64,000 bases of DNA from a virus: the IMG/VR virus record IMGVR_UViG_3300044912_000492, positions 1 through 64,000 of that record; one strand, 5' to 3'. This document shows, piece after piece, positions 1 through 7,547 of this stretch. The position numbers were made by a program, and so were the translations under genes. Under the pieces are notes generated by a model, which was not told the origin of the DNA, did no database searches, and worked only from the letters and a program-made list of their open reading frames with translations. The number at the start of each line of letters is the position of its first letter. The stretch's first letter is position 1.

Positions 1-41
1 GCCTAAAAATTACTAAGAATGTTCCCCACGATGGGCAGTCA

Positions 42-281
42 ATGGCTTTGCTAAGACTGGGTGATGTAGTTGAGTTTTGCGATGTTAAAGATAACTTGGT
101 AATAGTTTACAAAGATGGTGAGTTCTTTAGAGTTAAGCGTAAAGACTTTGAGCCTTTAACTTCCTACAGCAAGAAAACTTTTGATGATCGTTTAAATATG
201 ATTTTAGAGCCATACAAACATCCAGATTTTGAGGTTTTGCGAGGATTAAAATTCAAGCAATTTATGGGAATTAGTGTGTAA
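42..281 (+). CDS. hypothetical protein (79 aa)
   Basis: Only plus-strand ORF at this end; convergent with 378..653; no recognisable motif. Confidence 0.4.
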   Translation: MALLRLGDVVEFCDVKDNLVIVYKDGEFFRVKRKDFEPLTSYSKKTFDDRLNMILEPYKHPDFEVLRGLKFKQFMGISV

Positions 282-289
282 ATAAAAAA

Positions 290-325
290 GCGATCGCCAT
301 CCAATTACCACAGGACAGCGATCGC
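290..325. repeat. pair of HIP1 octamers (GCGATCGC at 290-297 and 318-325)
   Basis: Read directly; lies between convergent ORFs. It is one example of many HIP1 copies across the window and a cyanobacterial-lineage signature. Confidence 0.9.
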
Positions 326-377
326 TAAGTCAACAAACTAACAAAGGGTAAACACAAGGACGCATTCACATCTATTA

Positions 378-653
378 TTATCGCATATTTTGCAACTGTT
401 CAATCAAAAGCAAATTACGAGCATTGTCATTAGCTGCTCTCTGCCTGTTATCCCTCACCTCACGCGATTCCGTTAGTACTGTAGGCTGTGCGGTGGGTTG
501 AGCCGTGATTACAGTTGCTATGCCTTTACCCCATAGGTGATCAAGGTTAATCACTTTACCGCGCAAAATCATGTGGTTTGCTGGCAGATTATCAGCGATC
601 GCCATTGATGGAAGTGCGAAAAGTAGAAAAGGGATTAGTAGGTATTTCATCAC
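378..653 (-). CDS. small secreted protein (91 aa)
   Basis: N-terminus MMKYLLIPFLLFALPSMAIA looks like a cleavable signal peptide; start overlaps the stop of 650..1060. Confidence 0.5.
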   Translation of the reverse strand: MMKYLLIPFLLFALPSMAIADNLPANHMILRGKVINLDHLWGKGIATVITAQPTAQPTVLTESREVRDNRQRAANDNARNLLLIEQLQNMR

Positions 654-1060
654 GTATTTACTCCTTTGAAAGCTCCAATAACAAATTGAAAATTACTAGG
701 CACAAACGGATGCGCCATCGGTACAGGACGCAAAAGTCCAACTCGTTTACCGCCCAAATCTAACTCACAACGCACGTTATTAAATGATGCAAAATTGGAT
801 GGTAAACATTTGGGATCTTGAATCCATATCTTGATCGGTGTTTCCTCAACACTAGCGCCGATCGTCTCAAGTAGTTGCGGATTGGTTTCCCTTACCGCCC
901 ATCCCTCTATCATCGTTGTATCACTATCAATCACAGGATTACCAAGCGCGTTAGTAGTGCCAGTGCTTACGCTATTTCGCACCCAAAATCTGCAGTTATA
1001 TTGGTAACTGCCATCGCTGTTTTTTGGCGCAAATGGGGGGACGAGGCTAGGGAGTAGCAT
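650..1060 (-). CDS. hypothetical protein (136 aa)
   Basis: Long ORF in a co-directional, overlapping gene chain; no motif recognised. Confidence 0.5.
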   Translation of the reverse strand: MLLPSLVPPFAPKNSDGSYQYNCRFWVRNSVSTGTTNALGNPVIDSDTTMIEGWAVRETNPQLLETIGASVEETPIKIWIQDPKCLPSNFASFNNVRCELDLGGKRVGLLRPVPMAHPFVPSNFQFVIGAFKGVNT

Positions 1061-1241
1061 GATGTCTCTCTTTCTTAAATCTTGGCGGATCGTAGCTTTC
1101 GCATAAATTCCGATACCGTTCCGCAGGTGTTTTTAGATGCGCCAATTCTGGAAAAGTATTCGGATGATGGCTGATAAATTTAGACTGAGTATCTCGCAAA
1201 TGGTTATAAAACTCTATCTGATCAGGGGTCATTTGTCCCAT
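1047..1241 (-). CDS. hypothetical protein (64 aa)
   Basis: ORF in the minus-strand chain; overlaps the downstream gene start by 14 nt. Confidence 0.4.
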   Translation of the reverse strand: MGQMTPDQIEFYNHLRDTQSKFISHHPNTFPELAHLKTPAERYRNLCESYDPPRFKKERHHATP

Positions 1242-1252
1242 GTTATTTACCT

Positions 1253-1891
1253 TTACTCAATAAATTGTGATTTAAGATTATCTGACAATTCCTTAAAAGC
1301 TTGTGTATCAACTCCTAATATTTCACATCCCTTGGAATAACTAATAAACTCTTTATAAACAGCAAAAGTTGTAAGCAGTTCTAACTCATCTCTACCAACA
1401 ATTAAATGCTCTGCACTCTTATCCAGTAAAAGCATCACAGGAATTTGAAAGATTTTAGCAAGTTGAAAAAAGTGAATAGGTTTTAGATTCTCCTTTAAGC
1501 TTTTTAACTTTTGGATCAAATCTTCAATCGCGCTTTGTTCATCCGCAAAGTCAAAAAACTTAGCATTAAATTGAGACAAAGCTAAAGTCATCACATCTTC
1601 TGAAAAACTCAATAATGATGATCGTTTATCAAGCCATTGCAAAGCCTTGTAGACATTACCACTGCAATCTTTCGGATTGGTAAAGCGATACGGATCTAGA
1701 TAAGCCTGCGCTACTTGTGCCAAAAACAAAGGTATTTCAGCGCACTGTAAGGATAAGTCCTCTAGTAATTCGCGTCCATCCATACTGTTATGCACCCATA
1801 CAGACTCGTCTAGATTTGGGTGACACCAGCAATCACTAGAATCTTCATGTTCTCTGATGTCGTTCAAAGGAACTACATGGATTACAGACAT
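1253..1891 (-). CDS. hypothetical protein (212 aa)
   Basis: Long ORF; N-terminal VVPLNDIREHEDSSDCWCHP segment; function unknown. Confidence 0.55.
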   Translation of the reverse strand: MSVIHVVPLNDIREHEDSSDCWCHPNLDESVWVHNSMDGRELLEDLSLQCAEIPLFLAQVAQAYLDPYRFTNPKDCSGNVYKALQWLDKRSSLLSFSEDVMTLALSQFNAKFFDFADEQSAIEDLIQKLKSLKENLKPIHFFQLAKIFQIPVMLLLDKSAEHLIVGRDELELLTTFAVYKEFISYSKGCEILGVDTQAFKELSDNLKSQFIE

Positions 1892-2307
1892 TATTTACCC
1901 TTCAAATGCTTGCTTAACTCAATTTTAGCGCGTTCCTTGGTGCTTTGCGCCATACCTAAAAACCGTCGCGCTTCATTCGCATATGCAAAGTATCGCTTAG
2001 CCTCACCTGTCACCGATATTCGATAGCTCTTGCCATCGCTACTAATTACCGTTATCCCCTTACGCATCGCATCAGTACGGCGCAAAATTGTAAGGAACGC
2101 GCCGATCATTCGCTTATGTGCTACATACTTAGCTGATAGCGTTTTCCATGCCTCACCCGTATCAGGATCACCACCTTCTCGCAGTATGTTATCTTGCAAG
2201 TCTTTGACGTGTGATGCACTGACAGTCTTTATCACAGGCTCTATGTTTTGCAGTTTGGATAGGAGCTTAGCGGCGATCGGTGTTTGGGGTAGGGTAAATT
2301 TAAGCAT
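1891..2307 (-). CDS. possible Mu gpG-like virion morphogenesis / tail completion protein (138 aa)
   Basis: GEAWKTLSAKYVAHKRM...ILRRTDAMRKGI...RYFAYANEARRFLGM resembles the Phage_tail_S pattern. By-eye similarity only. Confidence 0.35.
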   Translation of the reverse strand: MLKFTLPQTPIAAKLLSKLQNIEPVIKTVSASHVKDLQDNILREGGDPDTGEAWKTLSAKYVAHKRMIGAFLTILRRTDAMRKGITVISSDGKSYRISVTGEAKRYFAYANEARRFLGMAQSTKERAKIELSKHLKGK

Positions 2308-2356
2308 GATGGCAACAAAAAAGCGCTTACGGTGTATTGTAAGCGCTTTTTTGTTG

Positions 2357-2557
2357 CTAGTTTAATGATTTTAAATACGCTTCATGCGCTGCTTTTTGAT
2401 TAAGGTAGCGATTCATTCGCTTTTGAGATACTGGAGGTAATGGTTTCCATTTTACCTGTCCTGTAGCTATCAAAATTACAACCGTGTCATAGGTTTGCGC
2501 TTCTTTGACTGCGTCCAAATAAGATGAAAAAGTTTTATCGTTTACTGAATAATGCAT
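2357..2557 (-). CDS. hypothetical protein (66 aa, start re-assigned)
   Basis: The ORF track starts at 2602. Alignment of the three promoter/UTR cassettes puts the conserved AAAGGAGC..ATG at 2557 (MHYSVNDK...). Confidence 0.55.
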   Translation of the reverse strand: MHYSVNDKTFSSYLDAVKEAQTYDTVVILIATGQVKWKPLPPVSQKRMNRYLNQKAAHEAYLKSLN

Positions 2558-2589
2558 GTCGTTCGCTCCTTTGTTTTCTTTCTGTACTA

Positions 2590-2619
2590 AAGATATCATC
2601 ACTAAGTAAAAGATGACAA
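2590..2619 (-). promoter_or_regulatory. early promoter, cassette copy 1 (-35 TTGTCA, 18-nt spacer, extended -10 TGATATCTT)
   Basis: Minus-strand reading; conserved in three copies (see 3347..3376 and 4527..4556); followed by a conserved 5'UTR with AAAGGAG SD. Confidence 0.45.
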
Positions 2620-2671
2620 GCTATTTGTAATATTTGTTTACAATGTTTTTATTCCTTTGTAAAAAAAATGT

Positions 2672-2962
2672 TTACTTAACCCTACGAGCCGTTGTCATCT
2701 CGCCACCTGCGATAAGTGGCTGTGCATTTTGCACTTCATCAAAATAGCTGATGCAGTCGCCATGTTCAAAATTCACTGTCACAGCCACAACCTCAGTAAA
2801 GTAAAACTCAAAGCCGTCTGCTTGGCTACCGTTATACTCAAAGTTTTTGACATTAGGTGACAGACTTTTAGCCAGTGCGATCGCCGCTTTCTTGTCAGCT
2901 AGATCGGGGTGAGTTTCGCTATCCCATGCGTGCGCGAAGTAGCAGTTAATTTGTGTGAGCAT
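2672..2962 (-). CDS. hypothetical protein (96 aa)
   Basis: ORF preceded by the conserved AACAAAGGTAACGACAATG ribosome-binding cassette. Confidence 0.5.
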   Translation of the reverse strand: MLTQINCYFAHAWDSETHPDLADKKAAIALAKSLSPNVKNFEYNGSQADGFEFYFTEVVAVTVNFEHGDCISYFDEVQNAQPLIAGGEMTTARRVK

Positions 2963-3025
2963 TGTCGTTACCTTTGTTAGTTGGTTGAAAGAGGGGCGCT
3001 ACTCCCTCTCGTTTGCGCGGGGTAG
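2963..3025 (-). repeat. intergenic cassette B copy 1 (GC stem-loop plus conserved SD)
   Basis: Minus strand: ACCCCGCGCAAACG-AGAGGGAGTAGCGCCCCTCT-TTCAACCAACTAACAAAGGTAACGACAATG; homologous to 4176..4244. Confidence 0.45.
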
Positions 3026-3313
3026 TTAAGCGGCTTTCTGTTCACGCTTTTCCAATAGCTCAGCGCGATCCATAGCCGATCTAATAGAGTTTTCTAGACG
3101 GGAAAAGGCAACATTAAAAGATCTGCCACATTGCTCTAAAGCCGTTTTGTTCATGCCAGCATCTTTAATGCGAGTAGCTTCCATCAAAGCCCTTTCGCTT
3201 TCACCGATACAAGCCCAAACCTCCCTAGAAGTCATGCAAGCGCTTAAATCATCAGCTTTGCGGGATAGGTTGTCGGTAACGATGTTTACTTGTGTTTTGG
3301 TTGCCTTAGTCAT
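3026..3313 (-). CDS. hypothetical protein (95 aa)
   Basis: ORF starting directly after promoter/UTR cassette copy 2. Confidence 0.55.
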   Translation of the reverse strand: MTKATKTQVNIVTDNLSRKADDLSACMTSREVWACIGESERALMEATRIKDAGMNKTALEQCGRSFNVAFSRLENSIRSAMDRAELLEKREQKAA

Positions 3314-3346
3314 GGTCGTTTGCTCCTTTGTTTTCTTTCTGTACTA

Positions 3347-3376
3347 AAGATACCATCACTAAATAAAAGATGGCAA
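3347..3376 (-). promoter_or_regulatory. early promoter, cassette copy 2 (-35 TTGCCA, 18 nt, TGGTATCTT)
   Basis: Same architecture as copies 1 and 3. An 11-bp-arm inverted repeat, GCTATTTGTAA-N7-TTACAAATAGC, sits at 3377..3405 just upstream. Confidence 0.45.
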
Positions 3377-3404
3377 GCTATTTGTAATATTTGTTTACAA
3401 ATAG

Positions 3405-3683
3405 CTACTTATCCTTTGCTTTTGGTTTACACCCATGCACTTCCCTGTATTTATCAGGATGTGCCAAGCGATAGCGTAAGTCATACTCAGCGCGAGTCAT
3501 AGGCTCAGTACCTATAGTTTGACCTCCACGTTTGCGATCGCTAATAGTTACGGTTACGGTTTTTCCATCAGGTGTGAGACAACCACGCCTACAGCGATAT
3601 TGTTTTGCACCTGATGGTTTTGTGCAGTTGAAACTCATTGGTTTGTGACAGTAGGGGCAATCTGGGTTGTTTTCTTGACTCAT
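3405..3683 (-). CDS. zinc-ribbon protein (92 aa), paralogue of 5638..5931
   Basis: DCPYCHKPMSFNCT..SGAKQYRCRRGCLTPDGKTVTVTIS: a four-Cys ribbon shared almost residue for residue with the 5638..5931 product. Reminiscent of IS-type transposase N-terminal Zn ribbons. Confidence 0.6.
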   Translation of the reverse strand: MSQENNPDCPYCHKPMSFNCTKPSGAKQYRCRRGCLTPDGKTVTVTISDRKRGGQTIGTEPMTRAEYDLRYRLAHPDKYREVHGCKPKAKDK

Positions 3684-3952
3684 AACGATTCCGCAAACGC
3701 CTTGATAGCGCTCTCATTGTTTTTAATAAATTGCTTTAATAATTTGATTTCATTAAAAAGAGAACTCAAATGCTTGCTAGTCGCGACATTAACAGGATAA
3801 GACGGCATCCATACACATTCAAACCAGCATACAGAGCCATCAATCATCCCTAGTCCAACATTAGCGACAAACTTGTCGCCTTCTTTGTAAGCGCTTTGGA
3901 TTGCGACCTTTGCGCTTGGATTATTGCCGATCATCGCTTCATTTTTACGCAT
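3680..3952 (-). CDS. hypothetical protein (90 aa)
   Basis: ORF with 4-nt overlap to the upstream gene. Confidence 0.5.
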   Translation of the reverse strand: MRKNEAMIGNNPSAKVAIQSAYKEGDKFVANVGLGMIDGSVCWFECVWMPSYPVNVATSKHLSSLFNEIKLLKQFIKNNESAIKAFAESL

Positions 3953-4175
3953 GGCTTAGCAACTCCTTCAACTCGCTTACTGTTTCCAATGCGTACCAAA
4001 CACCGCCGCTAGACTGCCATGAGTATTCGTAGCCCTCATCAGCCATGCGTACTGAGAGAATGTCTTCATCCCATAAATAAAAAATGTACTCTTCGCCGAT
4101 CTTGCCATCAATATTGTCAGGATGTAGCTCGGCATAGCGTTGTAGGAACGCTTGGATCATGAATAGTGTTGCCAT
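3945..4175 (-). CDS. hypothetical protein (76 aa)
   Basis: ORF preceded by cassette B copy 2 SD. Confidence 0.5.
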   Translation of the reverse strand: MATLFMIQAFLQRYAELHPDNIDGKIGEEYIFYLWDEDILSVRMADEGYEYSWQSSGGVWYALETVSELKELLSHA

Positions 4176-4244
4176 TATCGTTACCTTTGTTAGTTAATTG
4201 AATGAGGGGCGGTTAAGCCCCTGATGTGTGCGGGGGTGTGTCGG
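4176..4244 (-). repeat. intergenic cassette B copy 2 (GC stem-loop plus conserved SD)
   Basis: Minus strand: ACACCCCCGCACACAT-CAGGGGCTTAACCGCCCCTC-ATTCAATTAACTAACAAAGGTAACGATAATG; homologous to 2963..3025. Confidence 0.45.
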
Positions 4245-4490
4245 TTAGATTGCGTCTACTTCAGGGTTTGCTTCTGTTTGCCAAATATCAAAAATGGTTT
4301 CAATCTTAAAATCTGAATGCCAGTAATGTTTAAACAGACACTTTACGGAATCCTCAATATAATGAATTTCTACTTCATTTGTTTCGTTGTTGTACTTTGC
4401 GAACCCACTGCCAACAACCCCGTAGTCTCTTTTTACTACTGCATACCAATCTTGAAGTCTTGCGTTAATATGATTTACTACTGCGTTCAT
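4245..4490 (-). CDS. hypothetical protein (81 aa)
   Basis: ORF starting directly after promoter/UTR cassette copy 3. Confidence 0.55.
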   Translation of the reverse strand: MNAVVNHINARLQDWYAVVKRDYGVVGSGFAKYNNETNEVEIHYIEDSVKCLFKHYWHSDFKIETIFDIWQTEANPEVDAI

Positions 4491-4526
4491 GGTCGTTTGC
4501 TCCTTTGCTGTTTTCTTTCTGTACTA

Positions 4527-4556
4527 AAGATAACATCACTAAATAAAAGATGTCAA
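4527..4556 (-). promoter_or_regulatory. early promoter, cassette copy 3 (-35 TTGACA, 18 nt, TGTTATCTT)
   Basis: Best -35 match of the three copies; the same 5'UTR follows. Confidence 0.5.
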
Positions 4557-4593
4557 TAGGGTAAGCAAACTATTTTTAGATCGTAATATTCCG

Positions 4594-5106
4594 TTACATA
4601 TACCCCGCATAATCCAACTCAAAAATAATGCTATCTAATAGCGGCGCTTGATCTGGCTTTGTCGATGGCGGTGGGAGCTGCTCGTATAAGTCTAGGAGCT
4701 TGGCAACTTTCGCCGCCGCCAATGACAAGCCCTCACTCAAGTTCGCTTCAGTAATTGGATCAAGCCCTGCTACGTTTCTATATGCGTTTATTTGGGTAAG
4801 GCTAAAGTTATCTAGGTTGCCATGATCTTTGAGTAGCACCCATGACTTAGCTCTAAAATCTACTTCTGAGTTAAGCATAGGTGTAAATGTATCTAACACC
4901 CTATGGCGATAAACCACGATCTCAACGCCTTGGTAAAGCACTGGATTACCGTCAATAATTGCAGGGAAACTCATGCCAGCATCTTCGTATGAGGGATCAG
5001 GCAACATCAAAATACTTGGCTGCACAATGTCGCCAAAATAGCGAATACCAATTAGATCAGGTATTGCCTCTAGTATTGCGGTGCGGAGTTGTATTGGCGT
5101 TTTCAC
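4594..5106 (-). CDS. hypothetical protein (170 aa)
   Basis: Long ORF; no motif recognised. Confidence 0.55.
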   Translation of the reverse strand: MKTPIQLRTAILEAIPDLIGIRYFGDIVQPSILMLPDPSYEDAGMSFPAIIDGNPVLYQGVEIVVYRHRVLDTFTPMLNSEVDFRAKSWVLLKDHGNLDNFSLTQINAYRNVAGLDPITEANLSEGLSLAAAKVAKLLDLYEQLPPPSTKPDQAPLLDSIIFELDYAGYM

Positions 5107-5215
5107 GATGGCAACCGATAACGATTAATGGTAATATTGTAATTGCGATCGCTCCTAAGTCTGAGATTTACGCACCGTGTAGATTGTTGATGGCAGTGGA
5201 TAAAGCGATCGTTAA

Positions 5216-5288
5216 CCGAGAGTGGCAGAGTGGCGAAGCGACCCATAACGCAATTGGGTTTTACGTAGGTTCGAGTCCTACCTCTTGA
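5216..5288 (+). ncRNA. tRNA-like element (canonical T-arm, aberrant anticodon loop)
   Basis: - T-arm GTAGG-TTCGAGT-CCTAC.
- 5-nt variable loop TTTAC.
- Anticodon stem ACCCA/TGGGT, but with a 9-nt loop TAACGCAAT.
- Acceptor CCGAGAG/CTCTTGA pairs at 6 of 7 positions.
- D-stem is weak and there is no encoded CCA.
- Could be a degenerate tRNA or an att-type tRNA fragment. Confidence 0.3.
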
Positions 5289-5291
5289 GTT

Positions 5292-5567
5292 TTAATCCGT
5301 ACAGTGACAAGGTTCGCGATCGCCGTAAACGTCAAGCAATGGCTGAGCGAGTATGTCTTTTAATGGGCGCTTGCCAAATGTGTGACCTGTTTTTTCTTCC
5401 TGTTCTAACCACCATTGCAAGTTTTCAGGCTCTAATTCGGCTTGTCTTTGCTGCTCAATATCACGATGATGGAAACAGAAACGACAGTTAGATATCTCTG
5501 GGAATTGCCATCCTTTATCAAGTCAATACTTTGCTACATCAAGCTTAGAGATGCCATACTCGTACAT
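5292..5567 (-). pseudogene. Cys/His-rich ORF interrupted by one in-frame TGA (pseudogene or recoding candidate)
   Basis: ATG at 5567, 14 codons (MYEYGISKLDVAKY), TGA at 5523-5525, then 76 open codons (LDKGWQFPEISNCRFCFHHRD...EPCHCTD) to TAA at 5292-5294. The long part has no internal ATG. Confidence 0.35.
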
Positions 5568-5637
5568 TGGAAACTGAGTGACGCGCCATTCAATTAAGCT
5601 ATGTTGCTGTTGTCTGCGTCCTGTGAGCGAACAAGAC

Positions 5638-5931
5638 TTAGGAAACTTTTAACTCTTTACGTTTAGCTTTGCGCCGATCCTGTTTGCGCTTCATAGCAGC
5701 GCGATAACCTTCTGGATCGTTCTCCTTCCACCGTGCAGTTAACTCCTTCTGGCTTTTAGCATTACCAGATTTAGGGCGATGTGCAGGGCGATTGCTGATA
5801 GTCTTTGTTACCGTTTTACCTTCAGATGTAAGGCAACCACGGCGGCAACGGTACACTTCAGCGCCGCTAATTTGCGTGCCATTAAAACTCATTGGTCTGT
5901 GACAATAGGGACAGTCAGGACGATGAGGCAT
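5638..5931 (-). CDS. zinc-ribbon protein (97 aa), paralogue of 3405..3683
   Basis: PDCPYCHRPMSFNGTQISGAEVYRCRRGCLTSEGKTVTKTIS plus a basic C-terminal tail. Confidence 0.6.
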   Translation of the reverse strand: MPHRPDCPYCHRPMSFNGTQISGAEVYRCRRGCLTSEGKTVTKTISNRPAHRPKSGNAKSQKELTARWKENDPEGYRAAMKRKQDRRKAKRKELKVS

Positions 5932-6044
5932 TATCCAATCACCCTTTCGATTGCCTTGTTTACTTGCTTTGTCTTTTGTTACTTTTTAACAGTATTAGCG
6001 TTACCCGATCCTAACCACGGGGAGGTTACTGCTCAAGGATCAAC

Positions 6045-6142
6045 CCTTATTATTACGCCTAGGGCAGGTAGGTTTGAATAGTTGTCCTCTATCATCCTTG
6101 TTATTACGCTCAGGGGAAGCAGGTTTAAATAGTTGTCCTCTA
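6045..6142. repeat. two tandem ~51-bp direct repeats
   Basis: CCTTATTATTACGCCTAGGGCAGGTAGGTTTGAATAGTTGTCCTCTA versus CCTTGTTATTACGCTCAGGGGAAGCAGGTTTAAATAGTTGTCCTCTA. They lie upstream (minus sense) of the Zn-ribbon gene 5638..5931. Confidence 0.8.
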
Positions 6143-6223
6143 CCAGTTAATTTCTTAACTTTCTATATAGTAACACCACATAAAAACAATTGTCAACTCT
6201 TAATTAATGGATGTTGCATAGGG

Positions 6224-6853
6224 TTAATTAAGTACAGTTTTAGCCACACAATGGGCGATCGCCTTTTGAGTTTTGACTAACTCTTTCTTAAGTTTATCCA
6301 CTTTCTTGGTTCCAATCTTTGACCACTTAAGCTCATCAACTATCTCATTAATCCTAGCGGCGCGAATTTCGCCTAGTGTGGCGATGAGTAAAGTTTTGTC
6401 GATAAGTATGGGAGTATAACCCCATCGCTTCACGATCGCGGTATCACCTTTATACGGTGAATCATCAGGCATTAAATCAATGGTCACTATAATCGTATCT
6501 GCAAACACCATCTCAGTAGCTTTGCTTTGCGAATACTGGAAAAAGAAAAGATTCTCATCACCATCTTTAAACTTTGGGGATTGATTAAAATACTCGTTCA
6601 ACCCGTCAACAATGCCATCACGAATAGGCTTAAAAGCATTGGCTAACCCGTCGCTATCCATAGGCACATTACGAGCCGCAAACTTATGCAAGCTAATCCT
6701 AAGCTGTGATTTTCTGTCCCAATTGAAAAAGGTTTTAGCTTTTCCTGATTCCCTTTGTTGCTTCTTTTCCGCTTGATGCAGTATCCACAATCCGCGCCCG
6801 TTAGCGCTGTTTTCTGGTACTGCATCGATGGGGTATTGGATTTTTAATGTCAT
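6224..6853 (-). CDS. RusA-like Holliday-junction resolvase with C-terminal extension (209 aa)
   Basis: Start moved to ATG 6853 (MTLKIQYP), 13 nt after the upstream stop. VPMDSDGLANAFKPIRDGIVDGL resembles the RusA D.DN..K...D.L catalytic motif; YPIDAVPENSANGR resembles the RusA N-terminal PPS.N motif. Confidence 0.45.
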   Translation of the reverse strand: MTLKIQYPIDAVPENSANGRGLWILHQAEKKQQRESGKAKTFFNWDRKSQLRISLHKFAARNVPMDSDGLANAFKPIRDGIVDGLNEYFNQSPKFKDGDENLFFFQYSQSKATEMVFADTIIVTIDLMPDDSPYKGDTAIVKRWGYTPILIDKTLLIATLGEIRAARINEIVDELKWSKIGTKKVDKLKKELVKTQKAIAHCVAKTVLN

Positions 6854-6866
6854 AGCATTTTTTGTG

Positions 6867-7229
6867 TTACCTAAAGGTATTCTCCAAGTTTTTTGCAAAC
6901 CTCTCTGAAACTCTAGCCAGATTTTCATTAAACTCAGCGCGGTTTAATTCAATTTTGGGCTTGCAGTATCCATTATCAAAATGTTCACAAGCTTGACATA
7001 CTTTTTTGGGGACATTGAAGGTATTAGGTTTTGAGCTTTCAGGATATATGCCAGAAAAATTTTTAATCCGACATACCGTAGAAGCGCCCTTAATCAATAC
7101 CTTTAAGCCATCTTTGCTAATGATAGGCTCACCAGATCCAAGAGTAAGGACAGGCTTTTTATTGCCTAATTTGAAAACCCATATGTTTCGCATCCATCGG
7201 ATTCTGCCAAAATCAAAAATGTCATTCAT
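6867..7229 (-). CDS. hypothetical protein (120 aa)
   Basis: ORF in chain; contains a CQACEHFDNGYC cysteine cluster. Confidence 0.5.
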   Translation of the reverse strand: MNDIFDFGRIRWMRNIWVFKLGNKKPVLTLGSGEPIISKDGLKVLIKGASTVCRIKNFSGIYPESSKPNTFNVPKKVCQACEHFDNGYCKPKIELNRAEFNENLARVSERFAKNLENTFR

Positions 7230-7232
7230 AAT

Positions 7233-7547
7233 CTAAAACTCGCAATCATCAAAAGGTACATAGTCATCAAAATAATCGTCATCATATTTCGGGCGGCGCA
7301 AATCTTTAATCTTTGCTTTTAGGATTGCGACTACTGAGTAAAACCAAATCTGTAAACGTTGCCAGAAATCAGGGGTAATGCTTACGCAATCATTAGCGTC
7401 AACATATTCGCCAAGTTCATCCAAAAATAAAAGCGTTTTACCATAGCCCCATGAGCTATCAGCGCCATAGAGTTCAGCTTCTGTTGTGCATTCAGAGCAG
7501 TGGTATACATTGCCTTGATATAGGTAATAGTCGTTAGTGTTATTCAT
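7233..7547 (-). CDS. hypothetical protein (104 aa)
   Basis: Start set at ATG 7547 (MNNTNDYY), overlapping the upstream stop by 8 nt. Contains CSEC and an acidic C-terminus. Confidence 0.5.
   Translation of the reverse strand: MNNTNDYYLYQGNVYHCSECTTEAELYGADSSWGYGKTLLFLDELGEYVDANDCVSITPDFWQRLQIWFYSVVAILKAKIKDLRRPKYDDDYFDDYVPFDDCEF

Noticed and set aside
5216-5288. The tRNA-like element as a UGA suppressor for the adjacent TGA-interrupted ORF.
   Set aside because: No TCA triplet is available in the anticodon loop (TAACGCAAT). TGA also terminates many well-supported genes in the window.
5480-5525. Selenocysteine insertion at the in-frame TGA.
   Set aside because: No convincing SECIS-type hairpin lies directly downstream of the TGA; the best pairing seen is 3 bp. 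No selA/selB/selC-type genes are visible.
6045-6142. Possible two-repeat mini-CRISPR array (22-nt AGGTTT.AATAGTTGTCCTCTA repeats 51 bp apart), attractive given the cas-like genes.
   Set aside because: The intervening 'spacer' is itself duplicated (CCTT.TTATTACGC..AGGG). The structure is therefore a simple tandem duplication of a ~50-bp unit. There are only two units, and they lie 9 kb from the cas-like cluster.
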